This document shows, piece by piece, positions 40,788-49,824 of a DNA stretch of 64,000 bases (its first letter is position 1; each line of letters begins with the position of its first letter). Made by a program: the position numbers and the translations under genes. A model generated the notes under the pieces. The model saw only the letters and a list, made by a program, of their open reading frames with translations. It did not search any database and was not told where the DNA came from. Origin of the DNA: Bacteroidales bacterium UBA5342 (GTDB taxonomy: Bacteria > Bacteroidota > Bacteroidia > Bacteroidales > UBA5342); NCBI GenBank assembly GCA_002408065.1, contig DHQI01000106.1, positions 33,990-97,989 on the forward strand. Reading direction: 5' to 3'.

Positions 40788-40805
40788 CTGCAAACGGTTG
40801 CGGAG
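40788..40805. promoter_or_regulatory. LacI-type operator candidate (CTGCAAACGGTTGCGGAG)
   Basis: Near-palindrome GCAAACGGTTGC, shares extended motif CAAACGNTTGCGGAGATTTT..GCA with 45133 site; about 125 bp upstream of GH13 ATG. Confidence 0.55.
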
Positions 40806-40928
40806 ATTTTGCATAAAAAATAAAGAAAAAAACAGGTGTCTCTATGTGCGCTCCCATACATTTGTCATGTTCTTATTTTGTTACAGAACAGAGTCATTTT
40901 GTTTATTAACTAACTACATATTTTTATT

Positions 40929-43700
40929 ATGAGAAAACTTTTCTTTCTACCCTTCCTTCTAATAAGTTTCATCATATCGGCTCAGGTGGTCACCACATCA
41001 CCAGCCATCCCTACAGCAGGCGATCTTATTACTGTGTATTTTCACGCTGATCAAGGTACAGGCGGTTTAGCTGACTATACCGGTGATGTTTATGCTCATA
41101 TTGGTGTTATTACCTCTGAAAGTAAAGATGGTAGTGATTGGAAATATGTAAAAGCAGAGTGGGATGAAAACCGGGAGGACTGTAAGTTGATAAAAGAAAG
41201 TGCTAACCTTTATAGTCTGGTGCTTACCCCCGATATTTATACTTATTTTGGATGCCCTTCAACAGAAACAATTCAGCAAGTGGCCATGGTTTTCCGTGGA
41301 GCAACAGGATCTCCTGAAGGAAAAGATACCGGAGGCAAAGATATTTATGTCGATATTTATGAGGCCGGACTCAATATGTCTTTCGAACGCACCGTGGAAT
41401 ATGTACTTGATGAGCCGGGAGCCTCTGTTGGTTTTAAGGCCAACGCTTCGGTTGATGCTAAGATGGAAATATTTATAGATGGAGCGCTAAAGAAAACCGA
41501 AGCATCGGCTATGAGCATTACTTATACTGAGACCTTTGCCAGTGCAGGAGATTATCAGGTGATAGCTAAAGCCACTTTGGGCACTCAGGTAGTAAGCGAT
41601 ACCATTGATGTTTGTATACTTGCCACACCGGCTACGGCTACACGTCCGGCTAGTGTGCAGGATGGTATCAATTACGATAGCAATACCAGTGTGACTTTTG
41701 TGTTGCACGCTCCTAATAAAGAGAATGTGCTGATGCTGGGTGATTTCAACGATTGGATTCCTTCGAATGATTACCTGCTGAAAAAAGACGGTGATTACTG
41801 GTGGATTACTATTGATGGATTGACTGCAGGTAAGGAATATGCTTTCCAATACTTGGTAGATATGGAGATTGCCATAGCTGATCCGTATTCTGAAAAAGTG
41901 TTGGATCCGTGGAATGATAAATGGATTTCTTCTTCTACGTATCCGGACCTGATGGCTTATCCTGACGGAAAAGCGGATGGTATAGTGGGTGTTATTCACC
42001 CTGGTGCTGGCGAATATCAGTGGGATGTGACAGATTTTGAAGCACCAACGAACGATAAATTGGTTATTTATGAGCTTCATATCCGCGATTTTGTAGCTTC
42101 TCAGGATGTAAAAGACGTTACAAAAGAATTGGATTATCTGGATGAACTTGGCGTAACAGCCATCGAGTTGATGCCGGTTAATGAGTTCGAAGGCAATAAC
42201 AGCTGGGGCTATAACCCTTCGTTCTACTTTGCCAATGACAAAAACTACGGGACCTCTGAAGACCTTAAGATTTTTATTGATAGTTGCCATGCCCGTGGTA
42301 TAGCTGTTGTCATAGATATGGTATTGAACCATTCATTTTATCAGTCGCCTTTGGTAGGTTTGTATTTCGATGATGAAAATGACCGTCCGGCAGCCGATAA
42401 TCCTTGGTATAATACGACCTCGCCAAATACCGATTACAGCTGGGGTGCTGATTTTAATCATGACTCACCACATACACAGAAATTTGTAGACCGTGTATTA
42501 GAATATTGGCTCACAGAATACAAAGTAGACGGTTTTCGTTTCGACTTTACAAAAGGTTTCACTAATACCAGTGGTAGTGGATGGAGCTACGATGCTTCAC
42601 GTATTGCTCACCTTAAACGCATTTATGATAATATGCAGTCGGTTAATCCTGACACATACAATTATATGATTTTAGAACATTTTACCGATAATAATGAAGA
42701 AAAAGAATTGGCCAATTATGGTATGATGATATGGGGCAACAATAACCACGCCTATATGCAATGTGCTATGGGCTATAATACCGATGCCAGCATTGCAAAC
42801 ATCTCGCATAAGAATAAGGGCTGGACTTATCCTAACCTAGTTGCTTACCAAGAAAGTCACGACGAAGAACGTATGATGTACAAAAGCGTGAAATACGGTA
42901 ATGCTAATACCGATAAGTCTTATAATATAAAAGATACCCTGACTGCATTGGATCGTCAGGAATTGGCTGCGGCCTTTTTCTTAACTGTTCCGGGGCCTAA
43001 AATGATATGGCAATTTGGTGAGCTGGGCTATCATTATTCTATTGATTATAATGATCGTACAGGAGAGAAGCCTGTGCGTTGGGATTTCTTTGCCGAACCT
43101 GACCGCCGCGATGTGTACGATGTATATTCTAAAATCAATAAACTACGGGCAAAGTATCCTGTTTTTTCTTCAATGGATTTCTATATTACAGAATCGGGAA
43201 CAGGGATCGAAGGTTTTTCTAAGCGCATCAATATCTATCACGAAAGTGCTAATGTGGCTGTGATTGGTAACTTCGATGTGGTGCCACAATGGGTTCAGCC
43301 CAACTTTGCTTCTACAGGTACTTGGTACGAATTTTTCTCAGGCGAGGAAATCAACGTAAGCAGCACCGATATGGGCATAGAATTGCAGCCCGGCGAATAC
43401 AAACTTTACTCAACTGTAAAGATGACCGTAGAGCAAGGAGAGGTAGAGTTACCGGTCGAGGAAGTGGAAGAAATGAACTTTGTGGTCTTCCCAAATCCTT
43501 CATCTGATGAAATATATGTTGAGGCCGACCAAACAATTTCCACGGTAAGTCTGTTTACTTTGTCAGGAAATCGGATAGTACATAAAAATGTACATAGTTC
43601 TAATACTCAAGTTAGTGTTTCCCATTTACCTGTAGGCACTTACCTATTACGCATCGAAAACGAGAATGTGCCGGTATTCAAAACCGTTATTGTCAAGTAA
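40929..43700 (+). CDS. GH13 alpha-glucan hydrolase (CBM48/E-set + catalytic domain) with T9SS C-terminal sorting domain
   Basis: 923 aa, signal peptide; VTFVLHAPNKENVLMLGDFNDW (CBM48-like), VVIDMVLNH, DGFRFDFTKG, ILEHF, YQESHDEE GH13 regions; C-terminal FPNPSSDEIYV...LLRIENE...KTVIVK. Confidence 0.88.
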   Translation: MRKLFFLPFLLISFIISAQVVTTSPAIPTAGDLITVYFHADQGTGGLADYTGDVYAHIGVITSESKDGSDWKYVKAEWDENREDCKLIKESANLYSLVLTPDIYTYFGCPSTETIQQVAMVFRGATGSPEGKDTGGKDIYVDIYEAGLNMSFERTVEYVLDEPGASVGFKANASVDAKMEIFIDGALKKTEASAMSITYTETFASAGDYQVIAKATLGTQVVSDTIDVCILATPATATRPASVQDGINYDSNTSVTFVLHAPNKENVLMLGDFNDWIPSNDYLLKKDGDYWWITIDGLTAGKEYAFQYLVDMEIAIADPYSEKVLDPWNDKWISSSTYPDLMAYPDGKADGIVGVIHPGAGEYQWDVTDFEAPTNDKLVIYELHIRDFVASQDVKDVTKELDYLDELGVTAIELMPVNEFEGNNSWGYNPSFYFANDKNYGTSEDLKIFIDSCHARGIAVVIDMVLNHSFYQSPLVGLYFDDENDRPAADNPWYNTTSPNTDYSWGADFNHDSPHTQKFVDRVLEYWLTEYKVDGFRFDFTKGFTNTSGSGWSYDASRIAHLKRIYDNMQSVNPDTYNYMILEHFTDNNEEKELANYGMMIWGNNNHAYMQCAMGYNTDASIANISHKNKGWTYPNLVAYQESHDEERMMYKSVKYGNANTDKSYNIKDTLTALDRQELAAAFFLTVPGPKMIWQFGELGYHYSIDYNDRTGEKPVRWDFFAEPDRRDVYDVYSKINKLRAKYPVFSSMDFYITESGTGIEGFSKRINIYHESANVAVIGNFDVVPQWVQPNFASTGTWYEFFSGEEINVSSTDMGIELQPGEYKLYSTVKMTVEQGEVELPVEEVEEMNFVVFPNPSSDEIYVEADQTISTVSLFTLSGNRIVHKNVHSSNTQVSVSHLPVGTYLLRIENENVPVFKTVIVK

Positions 43701-43772
43701 AATATAAGGTCGGGGCTTTGTCCCGCATTGTTTCGACCTCAATTTATTTTTTAACTTATTAAAACCAACGTT

Positions 43773-44741
43773 ATGAAAAAATTAATACTATTTATTGCAG
43801 TTTCTTTGTTTGTTCTATCTGCTAATGCGGAATATTTAAGGGGAGGCTTTAATGGCTGGGATACATCTTTTGAGTTTAGTTCAGGTGATAGCTTTATTGA
43901 ATATACATTTCAGTATTCAGGAACCACAGGTAGTGTTGGTTTCAAAATAGATGAAACTGGTGATTGGAGTAATCAATGGGGTGGGAATGTGACAGCTGTT
44001 GTTAATACTTCTAAAGGTAAAGTTACTAAAGGTTGGGGTGATGCATCAATAGACTTGACAGATACTAAGCATTATACTTTCAAATTAGGAGGAGAATCCG
44101 GTTGGACAGATAGAGATTTGATTGTTTTCGAAACAGATGCCACGCCTGTATCTATTGTCTCAGTAACGGATGATTCTATTTCTGCTACATCTGATCTAAC
44201 AGTAACTATTACTTTAGATGCTAACCATACGCAGGATACTGTTTACTTACGATACACCACTGATAGCTGGAGTACAAGTACTTTTATGAAAGCTTCCAAA
44301 ACGGCTGATATGACTTATCAAGCTACTATTTCATCAATTGCAGAAAGTGCTACTGTTAATTATTATGTGATGACTTCATCTTTCCCACAGGCAACTTTGG
44401 AGTCTTCGCCTGATGAATATTTCTTGAAACGTAATACAAATAATGGTGCTAACTACAGCTATACTGCGCCGACAGTAACCCAGTTACAAGATATTAAAAC
44501 AGCTGGTTTCGATGTTATGGTTAATCATAAATCCATTCGTTTAGCCTTAGCTTCTGATATAGCACAATATGCCAATGTTTCAGTTATTTCATTGTCTGGT
44601 CAATTACAATCTTCCCGTAGTTATTCATTGGTATCAGGACAAAACAATATTGACCTACCACAAACATTCAATAGCGGCATTTACATAGTCGCTGTACAAA
44701 TGGGCGAAACCCGCTTAGTAAAAAAAGTAGCTATCAGATAA
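43773..44741 (+). CDS. T9SS-sorted secreted protein, possibly glucan-binding
   Basis: Signal peptide; GGFNGWD and GDWSNQWGG aromatic motifs; C-terminal sorting domain ...SGIYIVAVQMGETRLVKKVAIR. Confidence 0.55.
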   Translation: MKKLILFIAVSLFVLSANAEYLRGGFNGWDTSFEFSSGDSFIEYTFQYSGTTGSVGFKIDETGDWSNQWGGNVTAVVNTSKGKVTKGWGDASIDLTDTKHYTFKLGGESGWTDRDLIVFETDATPVSIVSVTDDSISATSDLTVTITLDANHTQDTVYLRYTTDSWSTSTFMKASKTADMTYQATISSIAESATVNYYVMTSSFPQATLESSPDEYFLKRNTNNGANYSYTAPTVTQLQDIKTAGFDVMVNHKSIRLALASDIAQYANVSVISLSGQLQSSRSYSLVSGQNNIDLPQTFNSGIYIVAVQMGETRLVKKVAIR

Positions 44742-45003
44742 TACAACTTGTAGAATGTTCGACCCCATCGAGGGTCGCACAAGTATCAATTTTCTGAGCA
44801 ATCGGGAAAGGCGTGAAAAAAAATGACGAAGAACAGATTCGTGCAAAATTCGTGTCAATTGGTGGATAACATTAAGACGAAGATCAACTCAGCGTATCTC
44901 TGCTCCTTTGCGAAGCTCAGCGTTACAACTAATGTGTCGCAGACACAAAGCAATCGTTTTCGTACAAATGCACAGTTTTTATAGTTTTTAGTTAGATTAG
45001 GGG

Positions 45004-45045
45004 AAAAGAGGTGTTGGGTTTTAGGATCAGGCACCTCTTTTTTTA
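45004..45045 (+). terminator. Terminator-like hairpin inside the 540-bp region upstream of susC
   Basis: AAAAGAGGTG ... CACCTCTTTT + T-run, 18-nt loop. Confidence 0.5.
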
Positions 45046-45129
45046 GCATCTCCCCAAAAAGACGACATAGAACGAAGTTTCGAAAACTTTATTGTGTTGA
45101 TAGATTGTCTTTTGTGATAAATATTCCTA

Positions 45130-45147
45130 ACACAAACGTTTGCGGAG
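45130..45147. promoter_or_regulatory. LacI-type operator candidate (ACACAAACGTTTGCGGAG; perfect palindrome CAAACGTTTG 45133-45142)
   Basis: About 140 bp upstream of susC ATG; same extended motif as 40791 and (inverted) 31912. Confidence 0.6.
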
Positions 45148-45282
45148 ATTTTTGCAGAAATGCCCTTGTTTTTATTCGTGGATGTAATATCTGCGTATTA
45201 ATTTTGAGAAAAATTTAACAGATATGTAACATCTGTTGAAGGAAAAATCTTATTACAACCCAAATTATTTAATAGAATCCTT

Positions 45283-48249
45283 ATGAAGAGAGTGAGATTT
45301 ACTTTGAGATTTTCGACGCTCCTGGCTTTTTTAGCAGCAACGCTAATAGCCTCGGCGCAGAGTCTTACTGTGACTGGTACAGTCATAGATAAAGATAATG
45401 ATGAACCCTTGATTGGAGTTAATGTTTTAACTCAAGCGGGTGATGGTACTATTACTGATATAGATGGTAATTTTAGTCTGTCAGTAAATGAAGGTGATCA
45501 GTTGACAGTTAGTTTTATAGGTTATAAAGCACAAACAGTGACTGTCTCTTCTGAAGAGAAACTGACTATTTATTTAGAAAGTGATGTTGAGCTTCTTGGT
45601 GAAGTGATTGCCATAGGTTATGGTGTTCAGAAAAAAGAAGACAAAACTGGTGCGGTAGCACAGATTAAAGCTGAAGAGCTTAATGGCGGTGCTATTACTG
45701 ATGCAATGCAGTCTATTCAAGGGAAAAGTGCAGGTGTGATGGTGACCAAAAAAGGTGGTGACCCCAATGCTGGATATTCCGTTAAGATTCGTGGTGCTGC
45801 AGGCTTCGACTCAAATACTGAGCCTTTATATGTAATTGATGGTGTTGCAGGTGTTGATCCAACAACTGTTGCTCCGGAAGATATTGAAACTTTTAATATT
45901 CTTAAAGATGCCGCGTCTACAGCAATCTATGGTTCACGAGGTTCTAATGGTGTTGTTATTATTACAACTAAAAGAGGTAAGAAAACTGACGATGGTAGCA
46001 TTGGTAATGTTCAGTTCAATGCAAAGATGACTTTTGATCAAGTGGCCAAGCGTTTAGACTTATTGTCTGCAGATGAATTGAGAGCTTTTTCAGATGAGAA
46101 TAGCCTAAATATGGTTGATGGTGGTGCTGATACAGATTGGCAGGATGAAATATTCCGTAATGGTTTCTCTCAGAACTATAATATTAATTTTTCTGGTGCT
46201 ACAGATAAAAGCTCTTATTATGCTTCAGTTACTCAATCGGATTGGGAAGGTGTACTTAGAGGTACAGCAAAACAAAGAACTATTGCTAAAGTAAATCTTT
46301 CACATAAAGCATTAGATGATCGTTTGACATTGTCAGGTAGTATGTCTCAAACATTTGAACAAAATGACTACGAGAGCTATAATGCATATAATAAGGAAGA
46401 TATACTTTATCAAGCGTACTCTCGAAATCCAACAGATCCTGTGAAAAATGCTGATGGAACTTTCTATAAGACAACACGTGAATTTAATTATGAAAATCCA
46501 ATAGCTACAATAGAAGGTATTGATAATACGCGTGATGCAAAACGATTTTTTGGAAACTTTAAGGCTGATTTGGAGATCATTGATGGCTTAATAGCATCAG
46601 CTAATGCATCCTATATCAGGGATGATAATGAAAGTTATTATTTTAGACCTAAAGGTTTGTATGCTACAGCTGATAATGGATCTGCTAATCGTGAGTATAA
46701 AAATGGTTCTCAGAAGATGCTTGAATCAACAATTAATTACGTTAAAACTATTGATAATATACATAATCTAAATTTAATAGGTGGTTATTCTTGGCAAGAG
46801 TACAACTATGATGGATTTAATGCAGGAGGGGAAAATCCTCAATCAAATGAAATTGGAGCTGATAACTTAGGAGGTACTTTGCTTGATGTTACAAGAAATA
46901 ACATTGGCTCTTATCGGGGAATGTGGCGTTTGATTGGATTCTTTGGCCGTGCTCAGTATAATTATATGTCAAAATATTACGCATCAGCTTCAGTACGTAG
47001 AGATGGTTCTACTAAATTTGGAGAGAATAACAAGTGGGGATGGTTCCCAACTGCAGCTTTAGGTTGGACAATGTCCAGAGAACCATTCTTAGAAGATGTG
47101 GATTGGATTGACAACCTTAAGTTAAGAGCTAGTTATGGTGTTTCTGGTAATCAAGAGATTGGGGAATATCGTTCGCAGAGTTTATATCAAGCTTCTGGTG
47201 TAGCAATTAACCCCGAAACAGGTCAACAGGTTGTAACCTTTGGTCCGGCTTGGAATAATAACCCAGACTTAAAATGGGAGAAAACGAGTGAAGTCAATGT
47301 TGGTATTGATTATGCATTTATTAATAGTAAAATTAGTGGATCTCTTGAGTTGTACCAAAAAGTAACAACAGACTTGCTAGGTTCTTACACCGTTCCTGTT
47401 CCCCCAAATTTGTCAGATAGAACTTTTGCAAATTCAGGTTCTTTACAAAATACTGGTGTAGAGTTTAATGTGCAATATTATGCAATAGATAATACTAATT
47501 TTAAATGGAAAACAACTCTGAATGCATCACATAATACACAGATTATGACCGATCTTGGTGACTATGCTCCTGAAGATGGTCTGATGAAGGAGGGATTCTT
47601 ATCGATGCGGGGGATGATTGGTAACCAGAATTATGTTACAGGGGTAATGGTTGATGAATCACTTGGTTCATTTTACTTGCCTGAATACAGAGGCTTATCC
47701 AGTGATGGTGCATTCTTATATACATCAACTTCCGGTGGTGTAACCCGAGAATTGAGTAGTGCGCAGCGTACAATTGTTGGAACTGCATTGCCTTACTTAG
47801 AATTAGGATGGACGAACAATTTTACCCTTTATAAGAATTGGTCTTTAGATTTCTCATTAAGAGCATTGTTGGGTAATGATGTGTATAATGCAACAAGAAT
47901 GTTCTTTGATTACCCAGGTAATATTCCTAACTTGAATGGTTCTCAAGATGCCATTGACTGGTACAATGAAGGTCGGACAAATCCGCCTGCCATTGCAGAT
48001 ATGTATGTTGAGGATGCCTCTTTCTTACGTTTGGATTTTATTCAGTTGACTTATGATTTTGATATGGGAGATGTAGAGCTGGTGAAAAGCTTGAAAGCAT
48101 TTGTTTCAGGAAATAATTTGTTAACAATTACAGGTTATTCAGGTGTCGATCCTGAAACAACAATGAGTGGTAAATCATTTGGAATAGACCAGTTTAATGT
48201 TTATCCCAAAACGAGAAATGTAACCTTTGGTTTGTCAGCTACTTTTTAA
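45283..48249 (+). CDS. susC: SusC/RagA-family TonB-dependent outer membrane transporter
   Basis: 988 aa; carboxypeptidase-regulatory-like N domain (LTVTGTVID...PLIGVNV), plug (FNILKDAASTAIYGSRGSNGVVIITTKRGK), C-terminal ...FGLSATF. Confidence 0.93.
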   Translation: MKRVRFTLRFSTLLAFLAATLIASAQSLTVTGTVIDKDNDEPLIGVNVLTQAGDGTITDIDGNFSLSVNEGDQLTVSFIGYKAQTVTVSSEEKLTIYLESDVELLGEVIAIGYGVQKKEDKTGAVAQIKAEELNGGAITDAMQSIQGKSAGVMVTKKGGDPNAGYSVKIRGAAGFDSNTEPLYVIDGVAGVDPTTVAPEDIETFNILKDAASTAIYGSRGSNGVVIITTKRGKKTDDGSIGNVQFNAKMTFDQVAKRLDLLSADELRAFSDENSLNMVDGGADTDWQDEIFRNGFSQNYNINFSGATDKSSYYASVTQSDWEGVLRGTAKQRTIAKVNLSHKALDDRLTLSGSMSQTFEQNDYESYNAYNKEDILYQAYSRNPTDPVKNADGTFYKTTREFNYENPIATIEGIDNTRDAKRFFGNFKADLEIIDGLIASANASYIRDDNESYYFRPKGLYATADNGSANREYKNGSQKMLESTINYVKTIDNIHNLNLIGGYSWQEYNYDGFNAGGENPQSNEIGADNLGGTLLDVTRNNIGSYRGMWRLIGFFGRAQYNYMSKYYASASVRRDGSTKFGENNKWGWFPTAALGWTMSREPFLEDVDWIDNLKLRASYGVSGNQEIGEYRSQSLYQASGVAINPETGQQVVTFGPAWNNNPDLKWEKTSEVNVGIDYAFINSKISGSLELYQKVTTDLLGSYTVPVPPNLSDRTFANSGSLQNTGVEFNVQYYAIDNTNFKWKTTLNASHNTQIMTDLGDYAPEDGLMKEGFLSMRGMIGNQNYVTGVMVDESLGSFYLPEYRGLSSDGAFLYTSTSGGVTRELSSAQRTIVGTALPYLELGWTNNFTLYKNWSLDFSLRALLGNDVYNATRMFFDYPGNIPNLNGSQDAIDWYNEGRTNPPAIADMYVEDASFLRLDFIQLTYDFDMGDVELVKSLKAFVSGNNLLTITGYSGVDPETTMSGKSFGIDQFNVYPKTRNVTFGLSATF

Positions 48250-48276
48250 TTATTTAAGTTTTAAAAACAAATTACG

Positions 48277-49770
48277 ATGAAAAAGTTATTATATATACTA
48301 TCAATCATAATGATGTCGGTAGCTTGTACTGACCTCACAGAAGAAGTGTATGATAAGTTGCCTTCTGATGTATATCCTGAAAATGAAGAGCAAGTTGCAG
48401 GTTTGGCAGTAGATGCCTATGCAAAGATGAAAGATCTGGTTGATGATGCCGGGTGGTGGTTTTTAGCACAGGAAACGACCTCTGACGAATTAGTTTTTCC
48501 TACAAGGGATACGGATTGGGATGATGGTGGTAAATGGCGTGTATTACATCAGCATGCTTGGACTAATGATGTGGATGCTGTAAATTCTATGTGGGGAAAT
48601 ATATTTGGTGCAGTTACACGATGTAATCAGATTGTTGATCAGATGAATCAAATGCCTCAATCAGATTTGATAGATGCAAAGATTATGGAAGTTGAGACTA
48701 TGCGTTCATTTTACTATTATTTGTTGATGGATAACTATGGCCCGATTCCATATTTAACTTCGGCAGAAGATGTGCCTGAACAACCCTTCCGATTGAATAG
48801 AACAGAGGTGTTTAATAATATTACAACTCAACTTGAAGAGGCATTGCCTGCACTTAAAGCAATAGATAATAAATATATGGCTACAAGGTATATGGCATAT
48901 TCTCTTTTAGCAAAGTTGTATATGAATGCAGAAGTTTACACTGGAACAGCTCAAAATGGTAAGGCTGAAGCTTATGTCGATTCTGTTTTAGCAGGCCCAT
49001 ATTCTTTAGAATCTAATGTGATGGCACCTTTTGTTACAGATAACTCAAGTTCTTCTGAAATAATCTTCTCTATTCCTTATGATGAAGATGATTTTCAGGG
49101 ATTCAGAATTCATATGCGTTCATTGCACTATAATTCAAATCTAACTTATGATATGAATGTTGGCCCTTGGAATGGCTGTGCTGTAGTTAAAGACTTTTAT
49201 GATTTATATGAAGCAACAGATGCACGGAAATCATATTTTCTGGAAGGGCCACAAACTGACTCAAAAGGGCAGCCAATCATGTGGGAGCCGGAAAAGGATG
49301 TTCAGATACAATTGGATTTAAACCCTGTTATTCCAGCTTTGCAAATGAATACATCGGATAATACGCCTGCTGAAATTAAGGCTTCTGGTGCCAGAGTTGT
49401 GAAATATGAAATAGCTAAAGGTGCAAAAGAAAATCTAAGCAATGATTTCGTTCTTTTCCGTTTGACAGACTTTATGCTTATGAAGGCCGAATTAGTTCTT
49501 TTGAGAGGTGGAAATGCTGATGATTATGTTAATCCTCTACGAGTTAGAGCAGGTGTTGGAGAATATGCGGGTTTAACACTTGACGAACTTAAGAACGAAC
49601 GTGGACGTGAGATGTTCTTAGAGGGCCATCGTAGGCAAGATCTAATTAGATGGGGGGACTTTACCAAAGCTTGGTGGGAAAAAGATGCCAGTACAGCTGA
49701 AAGAACAATATTTCCAGTGCCTAAGTGGGCTTCTGATGCCAATCCAAATTTGCTAGAAGATCCAATGTAA
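48277..49770 (+). CDS. susD: SusD/RagB-family nutrient-binding lipoprotein
   Basis: Lipobox SVAC, 497 aa, TPR-like helical pattern, immediately downstream of susC. Confidence 0.9.
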   Translation: MKKLLYILSIIMMSVACTDLTEEVYDKLPSDVYPENEEQVAGLAVDAYAKMKDLVDDAGWWFLAQETTSDELVFPTRDTDWDDGGKWRVLHQHAWTNDVDAVNSMWGNIFGAVTRCNQIVDQMNQMPQSDLIDAKIMEVETMRSFYYYLLMDNYGPIPYLTSAEDVPEQPFRLNRTEVFNNITTQLEEALPALKAIDNKYMATRYMAYSLLAKLYMNAEVYTGTAQNGKAEAYVDSVLAGPYSLESNVMAPFVTDNSSSSEIIFSIPYDEDDFQGFRIHMRSLHYNSNLTYDMNVGPWNGCAVVKDFYDLYEATDARKSYFLEGPQTDSKGQPIMWEPEKDVQIQLDLNPVIPALQMNTSDNTPAEIKASGARVVKYEIAKGAKENLSNDFVLFRLTDFMLMKAELVLLRGGNADDYVNPLRVRAGVGEYAGLTLDELKNERGREMFLEGHRRQDLIRWGDFTKAWWEKDASTAERTIFPVPKWASDANPNLLEDPM

Positions 49771-49824
49771 ATGAGTTTAACCCTATAGCCTTAAATCCAG
49801 GTTATTATATTTATTAACTAAAAA

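Noticed and set aside
44855-45049. 64-aa minus-strand ORF upstream of susC
   Set aside because: It has no family resemblance, overlaps the hairpin and repeat modules, and is likely non-coding.
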